Notes: a model not told the origin generated them from the sequence alone. Numbered from the stretch's first letter, positions 39,993-52,434 are shown. The stretch is 64,000 bases of DNA from an uncultured Methanoregulaceae archaeon (GCA_963717525.1 OY970343.1:1824001-1888000); one strand, 5' to 3'. Numbers and translations: made by a program.

Positions 39993-40703
39993 ATGAAATC
40001 CGGATTGCGCAACCAGCTCGCCGAGAAGATGGCGGGAGAGATTACGCTGTCGGACTCACCGGGGCTTGCGCTCAAAAAATGGCGCCAGAACTTCGAGATC
40101 GCGCCGGGCGTCCTCTCGGACCGCCTGGGCGTCTCCCCTTCCGTGATCAGCGATTACGAGAGCGGCAGGAGAAAAAGCCCCGGAACCGCCGTGGTCGGCA
40201 AGATTGTCGACACTATCCTCTCCATCGATGAGGATACCGACGGTAAACACATCCAGAAATTTTCCTCCATGCTCTTTATTGGCGTCGCTGATGACGTGAT
40301 CCTTGACATCCACGAGAACACGAACCCGATCCCACTCGGTGAACTCACCGATGCGATAGGGTGCACGCTGCTCTGCGGGTCGATGGAACAGACCATCTTT
40401 GGCTATACCGTGATCAACAGCCTGAATGCAATCCTCCAGCTTTCCGCTGAGGAGTTCAACCGCATCTACGGCTGGAGCACGGAACGGGCGCTCATCTTTA
40501 CGAGCGTCTCGACCGGAAAATCGCCGATGGTGGCGATCCGGGTCACGCCGTTTAAGCCGCGCTGCGTGATCCTGCAGGGAATCAACGCGGAGAACGTCCA
40601 CCCGTTTGTTGCGAAGATGGCAGAAAGGGACCACATCACGGTGCTCTGCACGGAGATGGAGATTGATAAAATCGTGAGTACACTGAGGGAGAAAGAATGG
40701 TAG
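39993..40703 (+). CDS. HTH transcriptional regulator (COG1709-like)
   Basis: [33 protein letters not shown]; first gene of the mevalonate operon. Confidence 0.85.
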   Translation: MKSGLRNQLAEKMAGEITLSDSPGLALKKWRQNFEIAPGVLSDRLGVSPSVISDYESGRRKSPGTAVVGKIVDTILSIDEDTDGKHIQKFSSMLFIGVADDVILDIHENTNPIPLGELTDAIGCTLLCGSMEQTIFGYTVINSLNAILQLSAEEFNRIYGWSTERALIFTSVSTGKSPMVAIRVTPFKPRCVILQGINAENVHPFVAKMAERDHITVLCTEMEIDKIVSTLREKEW

Positions 40704-41749
40704 GCATCATTACCTACGGTGCATACATACCGAGATACCGGATCAAGGTCGAGGAGATCACCCGCGTCTGGGGCGCAAACGCCTCCGACATCACGGGGGG
40801 ACTGGGCGTTTTTGAGAAGTCCGTTCCCGATCTTGATGAGGACACCGCGACGATCGCCGTCGAAGCAGCACGAAATGCCCTGAAACGCAGGATCGTCGAC
40901 CCCGAAAAGATTGGCGCCGTGTACGTGGGCAGCGAGTCGCACCCCTACGCGGTCAAGCCGACGGCCTGCACGGTTGGGGAAGCCATCGGAGCGACGCCCC
41001 ACATGACCGCAGCAGACTACGAGTTTGCCTGCAAGGCGGGAACCGCCGCGATCCAGACCTGCATGGGTCTGGTGAAAAGCGGGATGATCGCGTACGGTCT
41101 TGCCATCGGCTCCGATGTCTCGCAGGGTGCGCCGGGCGACGCGCTCGAATACACGGCAGCGGCCGGCGGCGCGGCATACGTGATCGGGAATGACGACCCG
41201 ATTGCAGTCATCAACCACACCTGCTCGTTTACCACGGATACGCCGGATTTCTGGCGCCGCGAAGGGCAGGATTACCCCCGCCACGGCGGCCGGTTCACGG
41301 GAGACCCGGGCTATTTCAAGCACGTGAAGGGCGCAAGCGAGCTGCTCTTCGGGCAGATGCACAAGACCGCGAAAGACTACGATTACGCGGTCTTCCACCA
41401 GCCGAATGCAAAGTTCCCGCAGAAGGTGGCAAAGGACCTCGGCTTCACCTCAGAGCAGATCAAGCCGGGCCTCGTTGTCCCGCACCTCGGAAACACCTAC
41501 TCGGGCGCATCGCCCATCGGGCTTGCCGCGACCCTTGATATCGCAAAGCCGGGCAACCGGATCTTTGTCTGCTCGTTCGGGTCCGGTGCTGGCAGCGACG
41601 CGTTCGACATCACGGTGACCGACGCGATCACGTCCGACGCGTTCCACCGCGATGCAGCTCCTTCGGTGCAGCAACTCTTAAAAGACCCCATCTACCTCGA
41701 CTATGCAAAGTACGCAAAACACAAGGGAAAGATCGTGATGCAATCATGA
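40697..41749 (+). CDS. hmgB: Hydroxymethylglutaryl-CoA synthase
   Basis: [35 protein letters not shown]. Confidence 0.95.
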   Translation: MVGIITYGAYIPRYRIKVEEITRVWGANASDITGGLGVFEKSVPDLDEDTATIAVEAARNALKRRIVDPEKIGAVYVGSESHPYAVKPTACTVGEAIGATPHMTAADYEFACKAGTAAIQTCMGLVKSGMIAYGLAIGSDVSQGAPGDALEYTAAAGGAAYVIGNDDPIAVINHTCSFTTDTPDFWRREGQDYPRHGGRFTGDPGYFKHVKGASELLFGQMHKTAKDYDYAVFHQPNAKFPQKVAKDLGFTSEQIKPGLVVPHLGNTYSGASPIGLAATLDIAKPGNRIFVCSFGSGAGSDAFDITVTDAITSDAFHRDAAPSVQQLLKDPIYLDYAKYAKHKGKIVMQS

Positions 41750-42912
41750 GAGACGTAGCAGTTATCGGGATCGGGTGCACGAAGTTCGGCGAGAAGTGGG
41801 AGAGCTCGTTCCGTGACATTTTTGTCGAGGCAGGGACGCTTGCTCTCAAGGATGCGCAGCTCTCGGGTGAGAAGATCGATGCGATGTATGTCGGGAACAT
41901 GAGCGCAGGCCGGTTCATCGGGCAGGAGCACATCGGTGCCCTGATTGCCGACTACGCCGGCATGGCGACCCGGCACATCCCCTCGACCCGTGTCGAGGCC
42001 GCGTGCGCATCGGGAGGGCTTGCATTCCGGCAGGCTGTTATCGCGGTCGCAAGCGGGATGGAGGATATCGTGGTCGCAGCCGGTGTCGAGAAGATGACCG
42101 ATGTCGGATCGGACGAGAGCACCGACACGCTGACCGGCGCGGCCGACCGCGAGTGGGAGGGCTTCATGGGCGCAACGTTCCCGGGCCTGTACGCGATGAT
42201 CGCAAACGACTACATGCACAAGTACTCGCTGACCCGCGAGCAGCTGGCACAGGTCGCGGTCAAGAACCATTTCAACGGAGCACGGAATCCCATCGCTCAG
42301 TTCCAGAGCGAGATTACGCTTGATACCGTGATGAAATCAACGATGGTCGCAGAGCCGCTCCGGCTCTTTGACTGCTCACCGGTGACTGACGGGGCAGCCG
42401 CGGTGATCGTGGCGCCGCTTGACCGGGCCCGCGAATTCACGGATACGCCGATCAAGGTGCTCGCGAGTGCGCAGGCAAGCGACACGATCGCGCTGCACGA
42501 CCGGCGCGACATCTCGACGCTCGACGCAACGATCGCCGCAGGGCAACGCGCCTTCAAGATGGCACACCTTTCGCATAAGGACATCAACATGGTCGAGGTA
42601 CACGACTGCTTCTCGATTGCGGAGATCTGCGCCATCGAGGATCTCGGCTTCTGCAAGAAGGGTACGGCCGGCAAGTTTACCGCTGACGGCGAGACGGCCC
42701 TTGGCGGGAAGATCCCGGTCAACACGAGCGGCGGGCTCAAAGCCTGCGGTCACCCGGTCGGAGCGACCGGCATCAAGCAGGTCTACGAGATCGTGCAGCA
42801 GCTTCGCGGCGAGGCAGGTAGGCGCCAGATCGAAGGCGCGAAGATCGGCATGACGCACAACGTGGGCGGGACCGGCGCGACAGTAGCGGTCCACATCCTC
42901 GGGAGGGTGTAA
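41746..42912 (+). CDS. acaB: Acetyl-CoA acetyltransferase (archaeal thiolase)
   Basis: [26 protein letters not shown]. Confidence 0.95.
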   Translation: MRDVAVIGIGCTKFGEKWESSFRDIFVEAGTLALKDAQLSGEKIDAMYVGNMSAGRFIGQEHIGALIADYAGMATRHIPSTRVEAACASGGLAFRQAVIAVASGMEDIVVAAGVEKMTDVGSDESTDTLTGAADREWEGFMGATFPGLYAMIANDYMHKYSLTREQLAQVAVKNHFNGARNPIAQFQSEITLDTVMKSTMVAEPLRLFDCSPVTDGAAAVIVAPLDRAREFTDTPIKVLASAQASDTIALHDRRDISTLDATIAAGQRAFKMAHLSHKDINMVEVHDCFSIAEICAIEDLGFCKKGTAGKFTADGETALGGKIPVNTSGGLKACGHPVGATGIKQVYEIVQQLRGEAGRRQIEGAKIGMTHNVGGTGATVAVHILGRV

Positions 42913-42913
42913 G

Positions 42914-43306
42914 ATGACAGTCGCACGGTTCTGGCGGCACCTGCCCCAGCGATATAACATGGTGGGAACGAAGTGCGAGAAGTGCGGCAGGCATTTCTTC
43001 CCGCCCCGGACCTTCTGCCCGGACTGCCGCAGGGCCGGGAAAATTGTCGAGCACAAGTTCAAAGGAGAGGGCACAGTCGTGACCTTCACCGTGATCCACA
43101 CGGCGGCCGAGCAGTACTCGATGCTCACTCCCTATGTACTCGCGATCGTCAAGCTCGACGAAGGCCCGCAGATCACCACCCAGATCGTCATGGACCCGGC
43201 CAAGGCGAAGATCGGCATGAAGGTGAAAAGCGTGTTCCGCAGGATCGCCACCGACGGCGAGAGTGGCATCATCCACTACGGCACGAAGTTTGTGCCGGTG
43301 GAATAA
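42914..43306 (+). CDS. DUF35 Zn-ribbon/OB-fold scaffold of the thiolase-HMGCS complex
   Basis: CEKCG..FPPR..CPDC; GII.YG.KF.P. Confidence 0.92.
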   Translation: MTVARFWRHLPQRYNMVGTKCEKCGRHFFPPRTFCPDCRRAGKIVEHKFKGEGTVVTFTVIHTAAEQYSMLTPYVLAIVKLDEGPQITTQIVMDPAKAKIGMKVKSVFRRIATDGESGIIHYGTKFVPVE

Positions 43307-44109
43307 AGTCTATTTTTTGTTTTGATTTCTACCCGAGCTCTCAATTCTCCACTCTCCCGGATCGTACAATTATCCGGGGAAATGAGATGGCGAGCGTGTC
43401 CCAGTCCCCGATATTTTAGGGCCCCTATAAAAATGCCCACAAATTACCCGTATTTTTGAATAATACGCAAAAATAGGGGCGATCCCATAGGAGGGCCATA
43501 GAGGCCCTTTCCGCCCGTTTTCTCAGGAAAAATGACCTACAGGTTGTCGAAATGAAAACTCACCCAGATCTTGGGGGTCTTTTCAGGACGGTACTTTTCA
43601 GGACGGTATAATCGGATATTTTCGCAATCCGGGCGATTATATCAGGTATTTTCCGGCACACCAAATCCGGGCGTTTTACGGGCGTTTCCGGGGCAGGTTC
43701 CCGGGAATCGGAGGCCATTTCTGGCCCGGATTTGGGGGTCTTGGGATGAGGTGAGTCTCGGTCCCGGACCGGCAGGGATTACCGGCGTTGTATGCGATCA
43801 GAAAATATCGGAGAGCGAGCCGTCCGGGTTCAGGACAAAGGTCGAGCCGCAGCCGTCAGGGCCGGAGCACATGCAGAAGTGACCGTCAGCACCAAGATCC
43901 TCGTGGATAACGACAGTATCGTCCCGCTGACAGACGGGGCATGCGGGAAGTTTGTGGTGGACCATTCTCTATTCTATGGCGCCGGATCAAAAATAGAGAT
44001 TGCGGTCCGGGCTGGGTTGCCAGGCCGGGCCGCTCGCCGGCATAGCAATCCTTTCGGATCCCTGCCGGGCACTGGAGCGCATGGCGCCCGTCTCCAAACC
44101 CCCGCTCCT

Positions 44110-46495
44110 TCAGGCGTTCTGCGCCGGGACGAAGCTGTTCCCGGTGTGAACCGCCACGGCCCGGGGGAGCTCGAGGCCCAGCGCCTCTTTGAGGACCTCC
44201 TCAACGGTCCCGACCGGGACAAACACGAGTTCTCCCCGGACATCTTCGGGCACGTCCTGGAGATCGCGCTCATTCTCTTTTGGCAGGATCACCTTCTTGA
44301 TCCCCGCCCGGTGTGCCGCGAGCACCTTCTCTTTGATCCCGCCGACCGGGAGAACCGCACCGCTCAGCGTGATCTCGCCGGTCATCGCAAGGTTCGAATC
44401 GACAGTCTTCCCGGTAATCAGCGACGCGAGTGCCGAGAAGATCGTCACGCCGGCCGATGGGCCATCCTTGGGGGTTGCCCCCGAGGGGACGTGGATGTGG
44501 ATGTCACTCGTGATAAAGTTAAACCCGTTCTCCGTGCCCGCGAGCCGGGACCGAATGAGGCTGGATGAGATCGTCGCCGACTCCTTCATCACATCCCCGA
44601 GCTGGCCGGTAAGGGTGAGCTTGCCGGTCCCGGGCATGAACGTCCCCTCGATAAAGAGGATCTCCCCGCCGACCGGTGTCCATGCAAGGCCGGTGACAAC
44701 ACCGGGAACCGGCTCTTTCCGTGCGACCTCCTGACGGATCTGCTCTTTTCCCAAGATCGCTGAAAGATTATCCGGGGTGATCACGAACGGCAGCTCAGCG
44801 GTCCCGGAGACTATCTTCTCGGATACGTGCCGGGCGATCTTCGCGAGCTGCTTCTTGAGCCACCGGACCCCGGCCTCCCGGGTATACTTCTCGATGATCA
44901 GCTTCAGGGCCTCATCCTCGATCCTGAGTTTGTCCGCGTCGAGGCCGTGCTCCTGCAGGACCTCAGGGATCAGGTGGTCCTTTGCGATGGCAAACTTCTC
45001 GTTCTTCGTGTAGCCCGAGATCTCGATCATCTCCATCCGGTCGAGCAACGGCGCAGGAATCGTCGCAAGGGAGTTTGCGGTCGCGATGAAGAGCACATCC
45101 GAGAGGTCATAGGGGACCTCAAGGTAGTGATCCGAGAACGTGCTGTTCTGCTCCGGGTCGAGTACCTCAAGGAGCGCACTTGCCGGGTCACCCGCGTACG
45201 AGGTGGAAAGTTTGTCGATCTCGTCGAGGATGAAGACCGGGTTTTTGGTTCCCGCCTTCTGGATGCCCTGGATGATCCTCCCCGGCAGGGCCCCGACATA
45301 GGTCCTCCGGTGCCCCCGGATCTCGGCCTCGTCCCGTACACCCCCGAGACTGACCCGCACGTACTTCCTGCCCAGCGCCTCCGCGATGCTTTTCCCCAGA
45401 CTCGTCTTCCCGGTGCCGGGCGGGCCGGTAAAGAGGAGGATCGAGCCCTGCTTCTCCTGCCGGAGTTTCATGACCGCGAGGTGCTGGACAATCCGCTCCT
45501 TAACCTTCTCAAGGCCATTGTGATGGCTTTCGAGTACGCGACGAGCCTCGGCGATATCGATGCTCTTCTTCTCCTCGGTCACCCAGGGGAGATCGAGCAT
45601 GAGGTCGAGATAATTCCGGATCACGGAACTTTCGTGGTTCTGGCTGCCGCCGGTCTCAAGTTTCTTTACCTCTGAAAGGGCCTTTTTGCGCACGTCATCC
45701 GGCATCTTCGATTTCTCGACCCGTTCCCGGTAGCCCTCGTCACCGGGCGTGCCTTCGCTCGCGTTGAGTTCTTCCTGGATCACCTTGAGCTGCTCGCGCA
45801 GCATCGCTTCCCGGTTCGATTTGCTCACCCGGTCGGTGACTTTTTCTGCCATCTCGATCCTTATCCTGATGTGCTCCCGGGTTTTGATGAGGAGATCGAG
45901 AAAACCTATGTATCGCTCCTTTACCGAAGGGATTTCAAGGAGGGCCTGCTTCTCGGCAAGGTTCGCCGGCAGAAACGGCATCACGAATCCCATGATCCGG
46001 TCGACCGAGTCCATCCTCTCTATCGGCCGGGTGAACTGCTCGGAGCCGGAGAAACGGCGGCTGATATCGAAGATCGTACTCTTTGACATCGGCAAGAATC
46101 CTCCCTTTCAGGTCGTCTTCGAGATCCTGAACGTCCGGCACCGGCTCGTATGCGGCAACGAAGTGGCGGTCTTTTTCGGTAAGGGAGACGGCTTTTACCC
46201 TCAGTTCAGCCTCTGCGCAGGCCAGGTACCCGTGATCTGCAGGCTGGATGTGCGTGACCCGGAAGAGATTCCCGGTCTTATAGAATGACTCTGTGGTCAC
46301 TTCAGAAAGCCGGGTCCCGCTTTTGAGCGTCAGGCCGAGTGCAAGCACGGTTCCTTTATCCGCCATGGACGCAATCAGGATCGCACCGGTCTCCGGATCG
46401 ACCGGAAATTTTGTCCGGCTCCCGGGATAGGCGACGATCTCATAGAGGGGTATGACCAGTTTTTCAGGTGCGTCTTCGTTTTTCTCAGTCTGCAT
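44110..46495 (-). CDS. lon: ATP-dependent protease La (bacterial-type LonA), apparent +1 frameshift at ~46081
   Basis: N-domain ORF 45935-46495 joins the GPPGTGKT / KDGPSAG / GGIKEK ORF; span is 3n+1. Confidence 0.92.
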
Positions 46496-46510
46496 GGTTG
46501 CTCCGTTTAT

Positions 46511-46533
46511 TTAGTTTGATTTTACCTAACTAA
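46511..46533. promoter_or_regulatory. Palindromic operator upstream of lon
   Basis: TTAGTTTGATTTTACCTAACTAA; 18/23 identical to 46985-47007. Confidence 0.65.
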
Positions 46534-46551
46534 TATCCGGGAGAAAAAAAA

Positions 46552-46971
46552 TTACCGGACTTTCCTCAGGATCCCGACCAAGAGATCCAGTTCGTCTTCA
46601 TCGAGCACATCCGCCATTTGTTCGATCACCTGGCGCAGGGCGGCCTGTTCAGCCTGTGCAATCGTTTTTCCTTTCTCGGTCAGGTGGATGTACATGATCC
46701 GCCCGTCATCGGGGCAGGGTTCGCGGTACACGCATTCCATCCGGACAAACCGGTTGATCATCTCCGTGATCGTGGGCTTTGAGGTGTTGGTGACCTCCGC
46801 GAGCCGCGAGAATGTCACATCCCCCTGTTCATCGATCATCCTGAGGTAGGCAATCTGCCTGACCGTCATATCGGAAAGCCCGCATTCAGAGAAGATCCTG
46901 CAGGAGCATTCATTCCTGATCCTCGCGAGTTTTTCAAACTCTTCGAAGAGCTGCTCCCGCGGGTCCACCAT
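46552..46971 (-). CDS. MarR-family transcriptional regulator
   Basis: SKPTITEMINRF HTH; DGR..YI.LTEKG. Confidence 0.92.
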   Translation of the reverse strand: MVDPREQLFEEFEKLARIRNECSCRIFSECGLSDMTVRQIAYLRMIDEQGDVTFSRLAEVTNTSKPTITEMINRFVRMECVYREPCPDDGRIMYIHLTEKGKTIAQAEQAALRQVIEQMADVLDEDELDLLVGILRKVR

Positions 46972-46984
46972 AGATCGATCCTGA

Positions 46985-47007
46985 TTAGTTAGGATTCACC
47001 TAACTAT
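46985..47007. promoter_or_regulatory. Palindromic operator upstream of marR
   Basis: TAGTTAGG-N5-CCTAACTA perfect IR overlapping a minus-strand TTTATAG box. Confidence 0.72.
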
Positions 47008-47171
47008 AAAGGTACTGGTCGGGTACTGATGCGGTACCGCACAGGGAAGTAGGTAGGGGAGAGCCGGGCAGAGGATGACCACAAGATACTCTCCTGGCAT
47101 CCCAAAGCGGTCGACGGAAATGACGGGGAAAAACGGGAGTGTATATATCAATTGTTTGAGTATATGCTACT

Positions 47172-47600
47172 ATGGACGCCAGTGACATCTTAAAAAAGTA
47201 TGAGAGAATCGTTTATCTTGTCCTTATCATCCTCTTCGCAATCATTGTCACATGCTCAATAGGCGAACTCGTTTATATCGTGTATCTCAATCTTTTTGTC
47301 CAGACACCACTTCTTCTTGAAAACAGTGAACTCCTTGGCATATTCGGGTATTTCCTCCTGGTCCTGATCGGTGTCGAGCTCCTGGCAACAGTGGCGGCAT
47401 ACATCAACGAAAAGGTGATCCATGTAGAGGTCGTGATAATGATTGCGATCATCGCAACTGTACGGGGTGTTATCCTCCTTGATCCCACAAGCACTGACGC
47501 ACCGAGTATGTTTGGGATCGCCGCGATCATCTTCGCGCTCTGCTCCGGTTATTACTTCCTCAAAAAAGGAGGCCTCGCAAGTCAGCAGAAACTGACGTAA
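47172..47600 (+). CDS. PsiE-family membrane protein
   Basis: Four TMs; LLVLIGVELL and IAIIATVR.VI motifs. Confidence 0.85.
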   Translation: MDASDILKKYERIVYLVLIILFAIIVTCSIGELVYIVYLNLFVQTPLLLENSELLGIFGYFLLVLIGVELLATVAAYINEKVIHVEVVIMIAIIATVRGVILLDPTSTDAPSMFGIAAIIFALCSGYYFLKKGGLASQQKLT

Positions 47601-47933
47601 ACCCCGGGACTGCACCCGAATCAGACAACCCCACAAAAGAATGCGAGTATTCCCCGCAACATAATTTTTTTGCCCGGACACACAGGGATGTTATTTTTAT
47701 ATTTTTTCAGGTGCCGGTGTGCCACAGGGTTTTCTTTTCCGGGGCTTGCGGCATCCATTGGACAGGTGGAGTGAGAAACTGGCTCCTTGCCATATCTGAA
47801 TAATGTTTAGGGGAGGCACGATAGTTCCCGCGGAGAGCCGGACCCGTACGGTCATGTACAGGCCTTGTATTCAGGCCGGTGTCCGGCAAAACCTGCCGGA
47901 ATCCCTTGGAACATGTGAAAAAGGAATTACCGG

Positions 47934-48275
47934 TTAAATGTACTGTTTTTTCCTCAGCCAGTCTGTCTGCGGCTTGAGGTACCGGTAAATAATATCACAC
48001 TTTTCATCCTGGAAACTCCAGGGAACGATAAGGACGGTATCGCCTTCCCGGATCCACTGCCGTTTCTTCATCTTTCCCTTGATCCTGCCCATGCGGGAGA
48101 CCCCGTCCATGCATTGGACACGGATGTGATATGCCCCCATCATCGTCTCGGCACGGGCGAACTGCTCATTGTTCCATTTCTTGGGCAGCCGTACTCGGGC
48201 GACGGGAGTACCGTCGGGATTCACCGCATTCAGGTCCACTGCTGCTTCAGTATTTTTCTTATGAAAACCGCTCAT
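47934..48275 (-). CDS. eif1a: Translation initiation factor aIF-1A
   Basis: C.DG..R.GRIKGKMKKR.WIREGD.V...PW..Q..K.DI.YRY. Confidence 0.95.
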   Translation of the reverse strand: MSGFHKKNTEAAVDLNAVNPDGTPVARVRLPKKWNNEQFARAETMMGAYHIRVQCMDGVSRMGRIKGKMKKRQWIREGDTVLIVPWSFQDEKCDIIYRYLKPQTDWLRKKQYI

Positions 48276-48652
48276 TCAACCAACTACGTATGCATTCTAT
48301 ATGGCGGCTGACATGTTGAAGAGATGTGTTGAGGGGGACCAGGACATACCGGTAATGTCACGGCTGCGACCCGTATCCGTGCCATGACAGATACATCTTT
48401 GAACCCACAGGCCAATTCTCACCCATCACAGCAGAGCGATGAACGCGTACGGATCAGCTGTAAAGCTGGTGACGCCCCGCGACTGATCATGACGGGGCAG
48501 CATCATTCCGGATATCATACTTTTCTGTCATGATCGAAACGATCCACGGAGAGGCCGTTGTAATAACCGCGGCATAGCGGGCCCGGGTGTTTTTTTCTCC
48601 ATAACTCCATGGGAGAAACAAGCCAGGGAATACCCATAAGACGAGGAAGAAA

Positions 48653-50293
48653 ATGTCACAACAGCTTGGCGGACAGCCAATTATTATCCTGAGACAGGGA
48701 ACGACACGGAACCGCGGGCAGGAGGCCCAGAACAGCAACATAGCCGCCGCAAAGGCGGTTGCTAACGCGGTCCGTTCAACCCTCGGGCCAAAAGGTATGG
48801 ACAAGATGCTTATCGATGGTATGGGAGATGTAGTCATAACAAACGACGGCGCCACTATCCTCCAGCAGATGGACATCGAGCATCCGGCCGCAAAGATGAT
48901 GGTCGAGATCGCAAAGACCCAGGATGTCGAAGTCGGTGACGGCACGACATCCGCCGTCATCATTGCCGGGGAACTCCTGAAAAACGCTGAAGAACTCCTG
49001 GAATCACACATTCACCCGACTGTCATCGCGGAAGGGTACCAGCAGGCGGCAGTAAAATCGCTGGAGATCCTGTCCGGGATCGCAATCACCGTGAAACCGG
49101 GCGATCATGAAATGCTTAAAAAAATCGCTGAAACGGCGATCAGCGGCAAAGGGGCAGAGGCATACAAGGTCCTGCTCTGCGACCTTGTCGTGCAGGCGAT
49201 CACCAAAGTTACCGATCCTGATGGCACGGTCGATATCAGGCATGTGAACGTGCAAAAGAAGGTCGGTGGCGCTATCGAGGACACCATGCTCGTCGAAGGG
49301 ATGGTCATCGACAAGGAACGGGCGCACCCGGGAATGCCAAAAGAGGTAAAGAACGCAAAAGTCCTGCTCCTCAACGCTGCCCTCGAATACAAAAAGACCG
49401 AGGTCTCCGCAAAGATCAATATCTCCCAACCCGAGCAGGTGCAGGCATTCCTTGACGAGGATGAGCAGATGGTCCACGCTATAGCGGACAAGGTGGTGCG
49501 CACCGGTGCGAATGTTGTGTTTTGCCAGAAAGGTATCGATGATGTTGCCCAGCACTACCTCGCAAAGGCCGGCATTTTTGCTGTCAGAAGGGTAAAAAAG
49601 AGCGACATGGAGAACCTGTCACGGGCTACCGGTGCAACGGTCATGAACAGTATCGATGCCGTCACAGCGGCCGATCTCGGGGCTGCCGGGCTTGTCGAGG
49701 AAAAGAAACTCTCCGGCGATGAGATGATCTTTGTTTCGAAATGCAAAAATCCCCGGGCGGTCTCCCTGATTATCCGGGGCGGATCGGAGCACGTGGTCGA
49801 CGAACTGGACCGTGCCATCCACGATGCGCTCATGGTCACAAGCGTTGTCGTACAGGACAAAAAGATCGTTGCCGGCGGCGGTGCACCCGAGATCGAGATC
49901 TCATTCCAGCTGCACAGGTACGCATCGACCCTCGGCGGCCGGATCCAGCTTGCGATTGAGGCATTCGCAAAGGCGCTTGAGGTCATCCCGCGTGCGCTCG
50001 CTGAGAACGCCGGCCTCGATTCCATCGATATGATCGTTGCAATCCGGGCAGCGCACGAATCGGGGAAGAAGACTTTCGGCCTCGATGTCTACGAGGGAAT
50101 ACCTGTCGATATGCTTAAAGCCGGCGTAGTAGAACCCCTGCGGGTGAAGACACAGGCAGTGACGAGCGCTGCCGAGGCCGCGGTCATGATCCTGCGCATC
50201 GACGATGTCATTGCATCGTCGCAATCCGGTACACCGGGAGGGATGCCCCACGGAGGGATGGGCGGGATGCCTCCGGGAATGGGGGATGAGTAG
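48653..50293 (+). CDS. ths: Thermosome subunit (second paralog)
   Basis: [20 protein letters not shown] tail; clearly homologous to 9243-10898. Confidence 0.95.
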   Translation: MSQQLGGQPIIILRQGTTRNRGQEAQNSNIAAAKAVANAVRSTLGPKGMDKMLIDGMGDVVITNDGATILQQMDIEHPAAKMMVEIAKTQDVEVGDGTTSAVIIAGELLKNAEELLESHIHPTVIAEGYQQAAVKSLEILSGIAITVKPGDHEMLKKIAETAISGKGAEAYKVLLCDLVVQAITKVTDPDGTVDIRHVNVQKKVGGAIEDTMLVEGMVIDKERAHPGMPKEVKNAKVLLLNAALEYKKTEVSAKINISQPEQVQAFLDEDEQMVHAIADKVVRTGANVVFCQKGIDDVAQHYLAKAGIFAVRRVKKSDMENLSRATGATVMNSIDAVTAADLGAAGLVEEKKLSGDEMIFVSKCKNPRAVSLIIRGGSEHVVDELDRAIHDALMVTSVVVQDKKIVAGGGAPEIEISFQLHRYASTLGGRIQLAIEAFAKALEVIPRALAENAGLDSIDMIVAIRAAHESGKKTFGLDVYEGIPVDMLKAGVVEPLRVKTQAVTSAAEAAVMILRIDDVIASSQSGTPGGMPHGGMGGMPPGMGDE

Positions 50294-50339
50294 GGATGCT
50301 TCTTGCAGGAGAAGGGTCCTGGCCCGGCCGGGGATTCGC

Positions 50340-50633
50340 ATGAGCGTCCTTATAAAATTCAGGCATTCCGGGGTGTTCCATACCGGTGATTCTCTCTCCA
50401 TCGATATCGCCAGAATTTCTGAACTCAGGGTAACACGACAGCGCAATACCTGTGAACTCCTTGCCATCACCCCGGAAAATCACCAGCCGGACAAACCGTA
50501 TTCGATTGCAACACGGGACAGGGAGTACCAGTTACAGGAAATCATGACCGATCTCAGGTTGTTAAAAAAGGAAAAGAGGGACATCACCTACGAGATAACC
50601 GATACCGGGGTCCAGAGGGTAATTAGAGTATAA
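50340..50633 (+). CDS. Hypothetical protein (97 aa)
   Basis: ORF MSVLIKFRH... following ths; followed by a T run. Confidence 0.55.
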   Translation: MSVLIKFRHSGVFHTGDSLSIDIARISELRVTRQRNTCELLAITPENHQPDKPYSIATRDREYQLQEIMTDLRLLKKEKRDITYEITDTGVQRVIRV

Positions 50634-50779
50634 TTTTTTAATCCGGTTTATCCTTTTTCCGGGCATTTTCCCGGAATAACCGGTCCATTTCATCACCACA
50701 CGCGATTTTATGGATAATGCCGATATGCAGGTTGTTGTCTCCGGACAGGCCGCCTTCGGCTAAAAACCGGATATTTCCC

Positions 50780-50938
50780 CTACGCCGTCCAGAAAATCCG
50801 GGTGATGCAGATGCACACGGCCGCAATACCGACCCAGAACCACCACGTCTTCCATACCGGGTGAGATTCGGTAAAATCATACGAGTGCCTGTCCTCCTCG
50901 TTTCTTCCCCTGAACCATTCCATCCAGGTATTTGTCAT
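50780..50938 (-). CDS. Small Trp-rich membrane protein
   Basis: MTNTWMEWF...WKTWWFWVGIAAVCICITRIFWTA; AGGA before ATG. Confidence 0.45.
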   Translation of the reverse strand: MTNTWMEWFRGRNEEDRHSYDFTESHPVWKTWWFWVGIAAVCICITRIFWTA

Positions 50939-51041
50939 GATTAAGTCCTTGATTCTGCCGGTGCCAACCCGAAAGGAAAAAACCGGCTGCCTGATCTTTT
51001 CCCGGGGTTTTTCGCCGCGCCGGTGATGGAACTCTGGATTG

Positions 51042-51350
51042 TCAGAGCATCCCCCGGGCTTCGTCAATAAGCTCTATAGTATACCGGTGGGGATAATCGG
51101 TTTTTTTAAAGGGTGCAGTCCCCATGATGTAAAAACCAAAACGGGTCTCCCGGATTCGGTTGGTATAAAGAAAATCCAGCATGGCACTGATTGACCTTGA
51201 TGATGCCCACGACAGATGATGGAATTGTGCAATGTCCCCGGCAGTTACGACGGCCCGGTTAATATGTTTCGTGAGCAGATAGGCGCAGATCAGGTGAGCA
51301 CAGGTATATCGCCGGTTCGAATCCGTTCGCCTGTGTCCCATTTCCGGCAC
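51042..51350 (-). CDS. Hypothetical protein, possibly wHTH-like
   Basis: ~100-aa ORF with a VTAGDIA...SISAML...RYTI pattern. Confidence 0.5.
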   Translation of the reverse strand: MPEMGHRRTDSNRRYTCAHLICAYLLTKHINRAVVTAGDIAQFHHLSWASSRSISAMLDFLYTNRIRETRFGFYIMGTAPFKKTDYPHRYTIELIDEARGML

Positions 51351-51477
51351 CTGTCCCGCATTTCTTATGACTCATTGGGCCATCACGGGATATAGGTACG
51401 TATTGCCCGCAGATTTTCCAAAAGAACGAGATCCTGCCCGAAAAAGGGGCCCTTATACCTATCACCACATTCCAGTC

Positions 51478-52389
51478 CTATTCCGCCACGATATCGTATA
51501 CGGCGTGCCACTGGCCGGGCGAGTACGACCGCACTACCCGTTCGGTCACCTCAACACCGCCCAGCTCGCGAATACGACCGAGGTGCTCACCTTCTTTTGA
51601 GACCAGGGAATAGAAATGGATCGTGCCCCCGGGCCGGACGAGCCGAAACGCTTCCGGTAAGAATTCTGTCCCGGCAAGCGGGAGGTTCATGACGATCCGG
51701 TCGAACTTCCACGGCAGGATCGCATCAAGCCGCCGGGCATCGGCAAGGAGAGGGAGCACGTTTGTGGCCCGGTTCTTTTTCATGTTTTCAATCAGGAGAA
51801 GGACCGCCCGGGGGTTGAGGTCTGCTGCTACCACGAGCGCTGCCCGCGGGGCAAGCGTGATCGCAAACGGGCCGACCCCGGCAAACATGTCGAGGACCAG
51901 CTCGTGCTCCCGGGTCTTTTCAGCGAGGCGCTGTCGCTCTGTCGAAAGGCGGGCGGAAAAATAGGCGCCGGCAAGATCGACCGCGAACCGGTGGCCATGC
52001 TCCACAACCTCGGTCCGGGTCGTATCGGTCCCGGCGAGCACCACATACTCCCGGGTGCGGAACTCACCCGAGACCTCGCTTGTCGGGAAGAGTACGGTAT
52101 GCAGCGATGGCCGGGAGGCAAGTATCGCGGCCGCTCCCACCGGATCGTCTTCCTGCATGATCGCGATCCCGCCTACCAGTTCGTGGCGGGGGAGCACGGT
52201 ACAGTCCGGCTGTTCTGCAAACGAGTAACGTGAGGTATCCCCACGCTCTGAGAGCACCGGGAAGACAAGTGCGTCCCCGTCATGCAGCACCTTGAGCGTA
52301 AGATCGAGCGCCCCTTCACGGAGGAGCGCCTGCCGTACCTCCTCGCCCTTTCCTGTCGGAACCCGCACACCCCACTGGTCAGTCGTCAT
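51478..52389 (-). CDS. trm5: Trm5/Met-10-family tRNA methyltransferase
   Basis: YFSARLSTER, DMFAGVGPF, DRIVMNLP, IHFY. Confidence 0.88.
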   Translation of the reverse strand: MTTDQWGVRVPTGKGEEVRQALLREGALDLTLKVLHDGDALVFPVLSERGDTSRYSFAEQPDCTVLPRHELVGGIAIMQEDDPVGAAAILASRPSLHTVLFPTSEVSGEFRTREYVVLAGTDTTRTEVVEHGHRFAVDLAGAYFSARLSTERQRLAEKTREHELVLDMFAGVGPFAITLAPRAALVVAADLNPRAVLLLIENMKKNRATNVLPLLADARRLDAILPWKFDRIVMNLPLAGTEFLPEAFRLVRPGGTIHFYSLVSKEGEHLGRIRELGGVEVTERVVRSYSPGQWHAVYDIVAE

Positions 52390-52434
52390 CGATGAACCAC
52401 TGCACTCATAATAGTGTACGTGCAACAGGTATTC

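Noticed and set aside
15449..46495. Calling the HTH regulator, tiaS, dys, NrdD-like and lon genes pseudogenes or programmed frameshifts
   Set aside because: Both halves are intact, the breaks are single insertions at GTAC, and no slippery heptamers are evident. Sequencing error is more likely.
48653..50293. Second thermosome as a recent duplication or assembly artefact
   Set aside because: It is substantially diverged from 9243-10898, and multiple thermosome paralogs are normal in methanogens.
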